Positions 52,633 to 64,000 of a stretch of DNA of 64,000 bases are shown in pieces. This stretch comes from Paramecium tetraurelia (Eukaryota). The notes under the pieces were generated by a model that was given only the letters and a program-made list of their open reading frames with translations, was not told the origin of the DNA and did no database searches. Where the stretch lies: positions 310,001 to 374,000 of the forward strand of contig CT868274.1 of the NCBI GenBank assembly GCA_000165425.1. Reading direction: 5' to 3'. Both the position numbers and the translations under genes were made by a program. Position 1 is the stretch's first letter, and each line of letters begins with the position of its first letter.

Positions 52633-54425
52633 ATGTTACACCATCTTTGGAAATACACCTACAACACTAGCAAAGCTCTACCCCTAGAATAAATAACGAG
52701 ATGGGGACTGCACAATACCACAGTTGTTAGAAATGCCAGTACTCCTGAATTGTATGAAATTGCTGCTATGGATCCACTTTCACCAGACCCAGAGACTAGA
52801 CAAGGATCAATTTCAAGCACTGGAGCAATGGTGGCATATTCAGGAAGAAGAACAGGGTAATCAAGTGATTGATTAATTAATTTAGTCGATCACCAAAGGA
52901 CAAGAGAATAGTCTTTGATGAAGTAACTGAGTAAGAAATTTGGTGGGGAGATGTTAATATTCCAATTCCAAAGAAATCTCACAATTTATTGGAATAAATT
53001 GCCCTTTAGTTCCTGAACACAAGACCTAGAGTAAGAATATAGTTTAAATGAATATAGTTATTTGTGGTTGATGGATATGCAGGATGGGATCCTCATAGTC
53101 GTCTTAGAATTCGAGTTTTTTGTACTAGAGCTTATCATGCATTATTTATGTAAAATATGCTCATAATTCCAACAACTGAAGAATTGAAGAGAGATTTCAG
53201 TGACGATGTTGATTTTCACATTTTCAATGCTGGTCCAATGTCAGCACCAAAATTAGTTTAAGGTGTAGGTTCAGAGACTTGTGTTTCTGTCAATCTCACA
53301 GACAAAAAGATGGTCATTATGGGAACTTAATACGCAGGAGAAATGAAGAAGGGAGTATTTGGAGTTACCCATTATATGCTGCCTAAATAAGGAATCCTCA
53401 CTCTTCATAGCTCTGCCAATGAGGGTATGAATGGAGATGTAACATTATTATTTGGATTGAGTGGAACTGGTAAAACTACTCTAAGTGCAGATCCTAAAAG
53501 AAAATTGATTGGAGATGATGAGCACGGATGGTCTGATCAAGGTATTTTCAATATTGAAGGTGGATGTTATGCTAAATGTGTAGATTTGAGTTAGGAAAAG
53601 GAACCTGAAATTTTTAATGCTGTTAAGTAAAATTCATAATAATTTCTAGGTTTGGAGCGGTTTTAGAAAATGTGGAATTTATTAATAAAGAATCTAGAGT
53701 AGTCGATTATCATAACATTTCCATTACTGAAAATACCAGAGTCTCCTACCCTTTAGACTTTATTCCCGGAGCCAAAAATCCTGCTGTTGGTAGTCACCCC
53801 AAGAATATCTTTTTCCTTACCTGTGATGCTTATGGTGTTTTACCACCTGTATCCTTATTGACTCCTGAATAGGCCATGTATCATTTCATTTCAGGATACA
53901 CAGCAAAGGTATTGTATTGATTCTAATCCCATTAGGTTGCTGGTACTGAAATGGGAGTCAAGGAACCAGTTGCAACTTTTTCAGCATGTTTTGGTGAAGC
54001 CTTCTTACCATTACATCCAACTGTTTATGCCACTATGTTAGCTGCAAAAATGAAAGAACATGGAACCAAATGTTGGTTAATCAATACTGGATGGTCAGGT
54101 GGAAAATATGGTATTGGAAAAAGAATGTCTCTCAAAAACACAAGAGCTATTATTGATGCTATTCATAGTGGAGAATTAGCCAATGCAGAATTTGAAAATT
54201 TTGAGGTCTTCAATCTCCAAATTCCAAAGAGAGCTACTGGAGTGCCAGATTAAATTCTCCATCCAAAAAATACTTGGATGTATATAAAAATCATAAATTT
54301 TTAATAGAAACAAAAGTGAATTTGACAGAACATTATAAAATCTAGGGGAAAAGTTCAAGAAGAATTTTTAAAAGTATCAAAGCAAAGCTTCTCAAGAAGT
54401 TATAAATGCTGGACCAAAAATCTGA
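52633..54425 (+). CDS. pckA: Phosphoenolpyruvate carboxykinase (ATP-dependent)
   Basis: [64 protein letters not shown] and [10 protein letters not shown]. Confidence 0.96.
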
Positions 54426-54730
54426 GTAAATGTTAAAAAGATTTATTAAAATATATTAATTTCTTCATTCGATTTTTAATGGAAGGTCTGTTTATAAATG
54501 ATAAACTGTTTAAATATTTTTAGTTTAAGAGTATAAAAGATAATTAAAAATGATTAATTAAATTAATTTAAAAATAAAATAATTATAATATGTAGCGTTT
54601 TTTGTTTAAAAATTTTAATTTTAACACAAACCAAAATATGCCTGCAAAAACTAAATAGAAAGAAACCAAAGGGTCATAAGTTAATTTAGAATAGTTTGTT
54701 TTTTAATGTTCTTTTTATTTTAGATATAAA

Positions 54731-55891
54731 TCACATCATCTGTAAGAACTCTTATTTGATCATAGGATGAGGTTAAGGATAAGTCAGGTATTAAGGTATG
54801 TAATATGGTTAAATGGATTACATAGGCTAGCTTATAAGGTTTTGTTAGATGCAGAATATAAAAACAGGTTATGGAGCACAAAATGATCCCTGAATACTAA
54901 TGATTTTTACTTAAAATTGATTGATTGAACTGAATTCAGAATGATTTTGATTTAGATTTTAATAAACTTATATAGATTAGTTCTCTTATTAGACATTCTA
55001 CACATTAGTTTTAGGTTGATCGAATTCATACTAAGAATCTAATTTAAGGTTTTTTGCGTTTAGAAGTTTGGATTCCAGTTTAGAAATTTTTTAATTTTGT
55101 ACAGTTACATTATTAGGGATGGTTAATTTGCTGTTGTTTTCAGCAACAAAGACATCTTACTAAGAATTCTTCCTTGAAGAATAATTCTTCATCTGAGTCA
55201 TGTAATTATTGCTAATTATTTTTTATATATTTACTTCATGACAAATAATTGGTTCAGCATAGATTTTATATAGACGACATCGCTTTCTTAGAGCTATTTG
55301 AGTTCTTCTTTTTCTTTGTACCTGTATTGCTTGATAAGTTATTAAAATTCTGTTTTCATTTTCTCATCTATATTGAATCTTTTAAAAGAATTATCTCTGC
55401 TGTAAATTACTCCAAGGACACTAGGTTTAATTTATTTTAATAAATCCGATGCTAAACGATAATATCTAAACAAATACATTAATCCAAACCAACTGCCTTA
55501 CTGAGTCTACGTAAGACTTTCCTCAGAGTGGCATAAAAATAATTTTTGCATAACAAATCAGAACGACCAGGCATTTATGCTGCAATTCTAGCCCAGCTAT
55601 TACCACAAGATAGTTAAAGATTGAATAAGTTTTCTTCCTCTTCCTAAGTCCAATTACTTTTATTCAAATCGGGGTTAAGAATATTCTAGTATCGTTCTCT
55701 GCAAGCAGCAGAAGAACGAACTTTTAAGGGGTTTTTCCCTAAAGATTGAAGTTCACGTGCAATATGATTCCAAGATGTACAGCCATGAAGTTTAATAAGT
55801 TCTAATAAAAGTTTGTCTTCCTAAAGAATCGTAAGCAAAAGTTTACTTGATAGGACCAGCTCTATCTAGTTTCTGATTATTTAGATTACAT
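54731..55891 (-). CDS. R2R3-Myb DNA-binding protein
   Basis: SWSYQEDKLLLELIKLHGCTSWNHIA...CRERYQNILNP...WTQEEEENLFNLQLSCGNSWARIAAQMPGRSD; Q/P-rich C-terminus. Confidence 0.88.
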
Positions 55892-56627
55892 TGTTGCTAA
55901 GTAACTAGGCAAGCTTATTTCAAAATAAGATATATAATTTATATTAAATGAAAATTTTGGTAATCATACTAAAATATTAAATATTAATATCATTCTTTAA
56001 TGCTGGATTCATAGTATTTTAAATGAAACACCACTTTAACATCTTCAACAATAATCTCTCTGCTTCACTCATTAAAGCTTTCAGACTTTCGATTCTCAAT
56101 ATTATTATCTAAAATATAAAATAATAACTCAAAAATTTAATAATCAAATAGCCTCACTAATTATACCAAAAGATGAATTAATTATATATTCCTATTAATT
56201 TTTAAATTTCAACAATCAGTACTATTTTTAGAATAATCTATAATTTGCAATTCCATCATGAAGCTCCCTAAAGTGTTTGTCAACTCTTTCCACTCTTTCG
56301 CTTTTATAAGCAGAATCAAATTAATTTTATATAAAAAATAAATAATTAATTTCCTGTCATTCAAAATATTATTCCCAAACGCAATTAACTAGTGTCTGAA
56401 TGTAAATCTTCTCATTTTTTGACCAATACAAAGTTCTATAATCAAGATCTCTTCCTTTTCAAGTTTACTTATTTTTATCATAAAATGGTGATCATTAGAA
56501 GTAATAATTAAGGATTAATTTTATACAGAATTATGTATTTGGAAGATCTAATAAAAAAGTATATTAAAATATTAGACATATTAAATTTTTGAGAATATAT
56601 ATTTTATAATGATAAATTATAGTGCCT

Positions 56628-58028
56628 TCATTTTTATGGATAAAATACTAGTTCTTTGAGATGACCCTTGATTTTTCCAGCTTCATCTTCTATTTATTAA
56701 TGTAGTTGTTCAATCCTAAATACAAATTGTTCTTGCTAATATATTATCTTCTATTCGAATCCATTGCTTTCATTATGATTAGATGATTAGGTGAAATTGT
56801 GTTTTATGGCATATTTAATAAAATCATTAGCCTAACAATATAGTAAGTCTTTTTCAGAGAAAACTTATTCTTTAAAAGTCTTCAAGGAAATTAATTTAAT
56901 ATTGTTCTAAGCTACAATCTTATGAATTTGCAATTGTAATTGTTATAACTTCTATTCAGAACCTGGATCCTCTTTCAATAATGAAGATACTTTCTCCCAA
57001 GCATTTTCAAATTATGATGAAGTAGATTCAAATAATTCAAATTAGTCGCTTAGTTGTTGAAGTTTCATTTAAGTGCTAATATTAATCTAGCAATATTTAC
57101 TGTTCAATTAATTTAATCATCTATTAACCAGGACCGAACATTATTGTTTCATCTGGAAATCCGTAGTCTGCATGATCCCTGACATCCTTTTTGTCTTCAT
57201 CAACTGTGCTTTCCTAAATAACATTATTTCTTACCAACCATGCCCAAAATATTTCTTGATGTCTATGCATTGAAGTTTCAAATTCTAAAAATTACATAAT
57301 CTCCTTCAAATTTGCTATAATTTCATTTAATTAATCTGGATCCGAGAGACTGAGCAATTGATCGACTGTAAAATCCTTTAAATTCATTTATTATACTATT
57401 TTATCAATCTGTTTTTATCGTATATTCAATATACCTGGGTTTATTGGGCTTCCTTTCTTTTGAATAAGCAGGAAAGTTATTTGAATTGATGTCTAATTAT
57501 TCTATTTAGATTTTCAAAATCCTTCACTTAATTACCCTCGCTTACAAATCTTAGAGTCGAAATCTCTACTTCCTGTTCTTTTGTCTTATTAACTAACTTT
57601 ATTTTCAAATTGGCCACCCTTTTTTCGATTAACCTTTTGTATTTCTCAAAAATATCTGATTCAGCCAATATTTGTCCAACAACTAAAAGCAAATCTCGAC
57701 TTGATGAATAATCCATTCCAGGCTTGCCATTTTTGTAGATTATAAATGGTGAATTTCTTAATGCAAGTAAGATGATCTCCAATCCATCAGGGTCTGTATG
57801 TGTATTGGTAATCTCATTTAATTTATATTCGAAATCGAATAAATCTAATATGAGTAAGTTATGCATAATGCTTGAGATTGGCTTAATCTAATAAAAAGAT
57901 TAAGTCATAGTTACTGCTTCAGAGAGATTATGTTTTGCTTGTCTGAAGGTGTTGGGATCGATATTATTGATCCCAAAAGCTTATAAGATATTGCAGATCG
58001 CTTAAATGGTTTCCTTTACGGTTTACAT
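56628..58028 (-). CDS. TEDC1: Tubulin epsilon and delta complex protein 1-like (C14orf80/DUF4509)
   Basis: VKETIQAICNIL...DPNTFRQAKHN, SSSRDLLLVVGQIL and HRHQEIFWAWLES resemble TEDC1 motifs (PEIFRRAKFD, GSRELLLALSWL, FWRWM). Confidence 0.7.
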
Positions 58029-58078
58029 ATATTTTTATGTATTTGATAAAAATTATTAATAATTATTTAGTATTATTA

Positions 58079-59631
58079 ATGGAACCTCCTAATTGTAAGT
58101 CTTACTTTACATCTTAGAAATACCAAAATCTGTAATGGAAGGATTCGATAATATCTTGTTGACTCAGACCTCCTTTATGCCTTAAAAAAAGAAGGTGTTT
58201 TTAGAAGACAATATAAAACATGGGAAAGAAATCGATAGAGATTACAATAAATTATAGGATATTCTTGATGTAAAAGTAAATGATGGAATAGGCAGAATTT
58301 ATAAGGGAAGATTGATAAGATTATCAAATCATAAGAGGATGACTTTATGATCGCTTATAGGGAATAAATGACAGATGTGCAGAAGGAGTTGAAGAATATG
58401 AAGAGAAAAATTGACGAGGAGGCTTTGAGGTAGAAGGCAGATGAGAAAAAGAGAATTCTGGAGGAGGAGAGAGATTATTTTAAGGAAGAAGCCCTAAGAT
58501 TGGACAAATTATGTTAGGAATAATTGAGAACTATTGAAGAACTCAAGTTTAAATTGAAAATTACATTAGAAGAAAAGCAATATTATGAAGGTTTTGTAAT
58601 AGGTATAAGTTGGAATAATTAATTAGATTCCAAAAAGGAAAATAAAGCATTAAAATATGAGTTGTTGTATTTGTACAAGCAAAAGAGTGAGGAACAAAAA
58701 GCAGGAGCAAAGGTAAGTTAAGTTGTAGATGTTGGACACAGAAATAATATGAAGAAGATACTTGAAATCAGACCAGACATGAGACCAATGACTTAGGATG
58801 GCACTCATGTAAGTTCAACAAAAGATGAAATTGGTGAAGGATCAAAAAGGGGGTTTTCATCAGTGAAGAAAACTGTGAAAACTCAATTGTCCACAAAGTT
58901 TTAGGATTAAGGTTCTTCATTACATGATTTCTATAAGAGAGATTTATCATCATAGTAGTAAAGCAGATAAAATCAAGACATGTAATAGGTATTAAATGCA
59001 TAATATTAGATTGAAGAAATTTCCAAAAGTAATGTAATCTAAGATTTGAAGTAGCAGTTGCAGAAAGAAAAATAATTGACTTAGTAATTGAAAGTCGAAC
59101 TATCATAATAGAATTGTTAGAGAGGAGAGCTTGAATAAATTTTATTGGAATGTGTTGCTGAAAAGAAGAAAGAAGTTCATTCTCGTTAATGCTTGCAAAA
59201 ATAGGTATTGAATCATAGATATTTGGATGTATTGAATCAGGATGGAGACACAAATTTTTCACAATTTACTCACACTGATAAAATGTATTTACAAATTTAA
59301 GTTTAGTGCTTTGTTGAGAAAATATATTGAAAGTGAAGAATTTTTCGATTAGTTATATTCAATAACCTTCAACACTTAATTTTCAATCTCATCATCACTA
59401 AAATTAAATGAGAAATGGAAAATGGATGCAGATGAAGCAAATAAAAAGTTCAATCATTTTAAAACCTTTAAATTTAAACACATTACAAGTTAACGTAATT
59501 TATACTATTTTATGATCTTAGCAATATTAAAAACATCCCTTGTTAAGAAGAATGAAAGAGAAATAATATCCATATCTAATAATTTCACTGAAAAAACAAA
59601 GGGGTTAATTGATAAAATAATTAAAAATTGA
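58079..59631 (+). CDS. Coiled-coil protein, likely ciliary or basal body
   Basis: EDDFMIAYREQM...LEEERDYFKEEALRL and ELEQILLECVAEKKKEV; several tiny introns; TGA at 59629-59631. Confidence 0.7.
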
Positions 59632-59673
59632 AATTGAAATTTGAATTATGTATTATTTATTGATATGTAAGAT

Positions 59674-61127
59674 TCAATTCGATTGGGTAACTAAATTGTA
59701 ATTAGTAACTTCATTATGAATTACTTCCCAATTACCTAATTTTAATTTACTATAATTTTATAAGTTCTTTTCGATTGGCTTGTTTCTTTCTTCGTTTAAA
59801 TAGATAACTAAATCAAGTGTTTGATGTATCACTGGGGGAATAACTGCAGCTTAGGTAGTAGTATCTATATGGTATCATATTGAATACCGAGGAATAATGC
59901 AGGATTGGTGTTCATCTCAATTAGGTACACTTTTAAATTGGTATCAATCATAATATCACAACCCATCAACTCAAAAGTTCCAATTCGTTTTTCAAATTTA
60001 TCACTTGAACATCTAATGATATGGGCGAAGATCTTTTTCATCTATAAATATATTAATTCAATCCTTTCTTAAGTAACATTCTTTTTATCTTTTAAATATT
60101 ACTAGGAATCTTAAAAAAATCTTTTACTTCGAATTATTGCATAGACCAAATAGTTGATTCTTTTGATTGATTGAAGGAGGGATGCTTCTTTTATATGGCA
60201 GCATTGGTTAAATGTTTATATCTATTTTTTTCATCATCCATATCTTCAACGTTATATTTATCCACCGATAATCGTAGATAGCCATGTTGAAATAGTACAA
60301 ATAACGGCCGAGTTGTGGCAATCAAAACATAACATCGAATGTCAAACTTTCTGCCCTCCAAAAGTAATGGATTCTCAATATATCTTTGAACAATACACTT
60401 TCTCAAATTGGGAGTAAAAATCCCATTTTATAAAAATCCTTTTTAAGCTTTTATTTAATTTGAGATTTATTTTAATCTAAATCATATAAACTCTACTTTA
60501 AAAATTCCTATTTCAGTTTTTTAGCATTCGAACAGAGCTTGATACCTCGTCCACAATTGAAGTAGGTTGGTTTAATTATCCAAACAGCCGAATTATCTGT
60601 CTTCAGGAATTAGTCTTCTTCAAGGCTCAATTGTTCTGAAGTCAAGTCGATTCTATAGGTTTCAGGGAAGAAATGACTTGAACTAAATTGCAATTCTGAT
60701 TTAAATATTGTATCTATACATTATTTTGATCTTTCGTATTCCTTCATAGTCTAAATGATCAACTATTTGGATGTCAGAATCATATGATTAGGTAAGTGGT
60801 TGATTATTTATTGTCCTTCCTTAAACAATTAAAATTAAATTTCAGAATTGGTTTACACCCATTTTAAATAGAAATCGTTATTAGTCTTGCTTATCTCTTA
60901 ATCCAACTATTTCCACCCTCTAAATATTGATTAATGCAATAAGTGTACTGAAGTTATGATAAATAATTTGCGATCAATTTGCCATTGTTCCCAGGACCTA
61001 CGTAAAATTGTCTCACACAAACTGTCTTCTTATTTAAAGATTTCTTCTTAATATCCTCAGTTTAAGCCCTGATTTTCTTAGAACTCTAACTCTTTTTCAA
61101 TTTACGACCTCTCTATGTTTATTACAT
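59674..61127 (-). CDS. TTLL10: Tubulin-tyrosine ligase-like protein, TTLL10 (polyglycylase) type
   Basis: FYVGPGNNG, FKEGQQIINHLPNHMILTSK, WIIKPTYFNCGRGI, VQRYIENPLLLEGRKFDIRCY, HLTNAAIQKKHP and GCDIMID...LIEMNTNPAL. Confidence 0.82.
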
Positions 61128-61177
61128 ATTTTGTGATAATAAATAAAATTATAATAAAAATAGACTTCCATCCTCCA

Positions 61178-64000
61178 ATGTAATTTAAGTGTGCAGAATA
61201 TTTAAAGGAAGCTGTATTTATTCATTCCAATATAGGTGAACACAAATATTGAGTAAATTCGATTTTCATTTATGTCTAAAGCTTGCAAACAGATTGCATA
61301 ATTGCTGCCTTTTCAATCGATGTGGCATCTATTGCTTAAATAGGAGAATCTCTTTTTTTATATGTTGATGCTCTAATCGATGTTTGGTTAAAATATTAAA
61401 ATGCTCTTGGAGTTAATAATTGAAAGGTTTGCACCTATCACGTAGTTTTAAATTTAGTTCTTAAATGCTTGTACATTGGTGTTTTCTCAAGACACTTACC
61501 TCTTGTCAGATGTGATCAAAAGCCAACTTCCAAATATCTATAAAGAGTGTATAACCTAACTACAATTCTTTATCAAACAAATCCCTAAAAATGATTCCAA
61601 AGAAGGTTAGTCAGTTGCAGAATAAATTGCTTAGGCTTACAAAACTATCTTAGGAAATATCCACGATTAGAAGGTTACCATCGAACTCTATACAAGTCTC
61701 CAGCAGATCGTGCAAAAATGGCCTTTAATACATGAAATCAATCCCTTAGTTTTCCATGAAGTTGAAGAAATAATTGCAATGAGAACTCCAAGAAATGTGG
61801 AGATCTAATTCTACGAAGAACCAACTGAATGTGACAGTCCTACCAAATCGAACTCAATTCGAAAGGAAAATCAGATCGTAGTGGAATTATAGAGGTGGCT
61901 CAGTAAAATGAATTATCCTATTCCCGTAATCTCCAAAAGAATTGCCAGCAGTGTAATAAACTCATAGAACATGTTCAAATTGAAAGAGAATATTGAGATA
62001 ATGCTCTCATTTATCTATTGTCCATTGAAATATGACCCTGCTAATTGTGTACAATATTAAACTATTTTAGTGGATGAAGGTTGAATTCGATCACAAAATC
62101 AGTTTAAAAGACATACCCAATCTTAAGGATTGCTATTCCTTACAATCCCCTGCTCACATTTATCACATCAGATCAATTAGATCATTACAGAGTTTAACTG
62201 ACGAAGAGAACCATTAAATTATCGCAAAGGTCAATCCAGCTTATTTAAAAATTGCTTGTATGACTATATTTATCTATTTTTAGTTTCATATTTGGCGGAA
62301 TGCATAAATGAGGATCACTTAAAAAATTGTAACTTCAATCATTTAACTTAATTAATGATATTTTATTTAGAAAAAGAATAAGACATTTCAATTTACTTCT
62401 GTTTACATTATAATATCCCTTATGCTTTTTTTTACTACATCAATTATGAGCAATCCTCTACATTTCTCATTAATCTCTTCTTATAAATTAATTCTTTGGG
62501 CCATTTTGTTACAGAACATCAATAAAAATTGTATGATCAAGTGTGGTCCTATTTTAAGGCAGCTAAACTGTTTGAAGATATTGTTAATTTACTATTGAAC
62601 CCAAAAAGTAAATAGGATTTGTTATTTAAATGCTCATAAAACTTTAGGAATAACAATATGCTTGAAGCCTTCACTCTACATCCAGATTTCCATTTGAAAG
62701 AAAAAGTCTATTAGTAAAACGAAAATAATTTTAATTTTACTGTTGAAGAAAAGATACACTTAAAATGGGACATAGATTAACTTAAGCCATTTGTCCAAAA
62801 GAAGACCATCAAATAATTATCTTTTTTCAACAAAGTTTCAAATAAGATTTTACCCCCAGCCAATGAAAAACCAGCATCTATGATGGATGTTATCAGAGTG
62901 GCTATCTAGAATGCAGAAATCATCAACGAACCTCATAAAAAGAGATAATCAAGAGCCACTAGAGAAAAGTTAATAGTGTTAAGGAGTGCTTCAGTAATGT
63001 TCGACTTAGATGAATAAGATTCAGTGAAGGATCCATTTGTTCCTTATAACTACAACCCTAATCCTTTAGAATTAAGAGTTGAAACCAAGGAGAGCAATAC
63101 AAAGTATGATTAAAAATCAGTTTCATTTATTAAGGATAGTCATAAAAATATACAGAAAAAGCATTCAAGAAATATGTCATTTTAATTGTATCCTTTGTCA
63201 CTGAAAGATGTCACACTTGGCAAATGGGATCACGAATAAAAATAAGATCAATATCAAATAGAGAAGTATTCTAAGATAATAATAATTTAATAGTTTAATG
63301 AAGGATGAACCCTTTTGTTATAACCTACTTTAGTTTTTATCAACAATAATTTAGTAATTGATCTTAGGAGATCATAAGTTATTTTCCAAGACTCATAGTA
63401 TGGGTAGCAGACAATAATTGTTGGGAACCATCTTGCTGGATGAAAATTGTAAAGTCTTTGACAATCTAATGAAGGTAATATTTGATTATTATGATCAAGA
63501 TATACTTGTTTAAGATTAAACTAACTCCATATGTAAAAGAAAATAGTTCGGTCATTTGTGGATAACTAGTCAATCTTATTATTAAGAAGAAGCCTGAATA
63601 TATGAACTTCTAAGATAATGGCTAAACCTATATCGATTATCTGTGTAAAGTGATCATCAACTCTTTATCATGGAAAACCTCCTCAACCTAAGTTATTGAA
63701 TTGGACATCAGTAAAACCTTGCTTTGTGAAACACTTTATCTATTAATTGAATATGGGATGAGCAGAGGACAAACACAATTACTGAATAGGATAACTGCTA
63801 CCACTTGGAGTTGTCTAATAGAAATCTGCAAATAGTGCTTCCCCATTCGACCCAATCAAACCTTTTAAGGGATATTTACCAAACTTTTGAAATTAAATTT
63901 GGAATTTGGATCAGAATTCAACATCCATACGATATTTATGAAATTAAATTTATTGAGTGTGGTTAAATAATTGGCAGAACTGACACAATCAAATTAGGTG
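61178..64000 (+). CDS. Large hypothetical alpha-helical protein, runs off the window end
   Basis: Long frame open under TAR=Gln with several tiny introns; no stop before 64000. The 5' exons are inferred. Confidence 0.62.

Noticed and set aside
59203..59240. Direct repeat GTATTGAATCA x2
   Set aside because: It is a short in-frame coding duplication (VLNH/VLNQ), with no sign of a target-site duplication or element.
58768..59262. 164-aa minus-strand ORF
   Set aside because: It is antisense to the plus-strand coiled-coil gene, which has proper introns and conserved-looking motifs.
1..64000. Frequent in-frame TAA/TAG suggesting mass pseudogenisation
   Set aside because: They fall at Gln positions in conserved proteins (CCT4, PEPCK, ribosomal proteins); this is the known ciliate genetic code.
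1..64000. Retained IESs, transposons, telomeric repeats, CRISPR, rRNA/tRNA
   Set aside because: I saw no TA-bounded insertion interrupting a gene, no transposase, no C4A2/C3A3 arrays, and no repeat-spacer or tRNA-like structure. Short RNAs could be missed by eye.

Overview
Gene-dense, very AT-rich eukaryotic DNA from a ciliate macronuclear chromosome, most consistent with Paramecium (P. tetraurelia-like). TAA/TAG are read as Gln, every gene I decoded ends in TGA, and genes are interrupted by tiny (~19-30 nt) GT...AG introns, so the supplied standard-code ORF track is mostly fragments or antisense noise. Reading by hand with the ciliate code gives about 40 protein-coding genes. These include LysRS (3' part), a centrin-like protein, FAM183/CFAP144, an MLL/KMT2-like PHD-bromo-SET methyltransferase, an LRR protein, DGAT1, PAC4/PSMG4, CK1, a WD40 protein, a secreted Gly/Asp/Asn-repeat protein, MOK, IFT27, ANP32, CCDC61, CCT4, RPL35A, a bacterial-type threonine dehydratase, three trichocyst matrix protein (TMP) genes, a MORN protein, GSK3, a PB1 protein, RPS19, DPH6, PEPCK, an R2R3-Myb, TEDC1 and TTLL10. 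No rRNA, tRNA, CRISPR, telomere or transposon was recognisable. The most notable observations are: clustered single-base insertions confined to two TMP genes; a CG-containing upstream motif shared by all three TMP genes; three head-to-head gene pairs each separated by exactly 50 nt; an ATGA stop/start overlap between PAC4 and a DGAT1 that carries an unusual N-terminal domain; and a bacterial-type IlvA. Family assignments come from motif recognition from memory, not database searches, and exon boundaries were inferred by eye.
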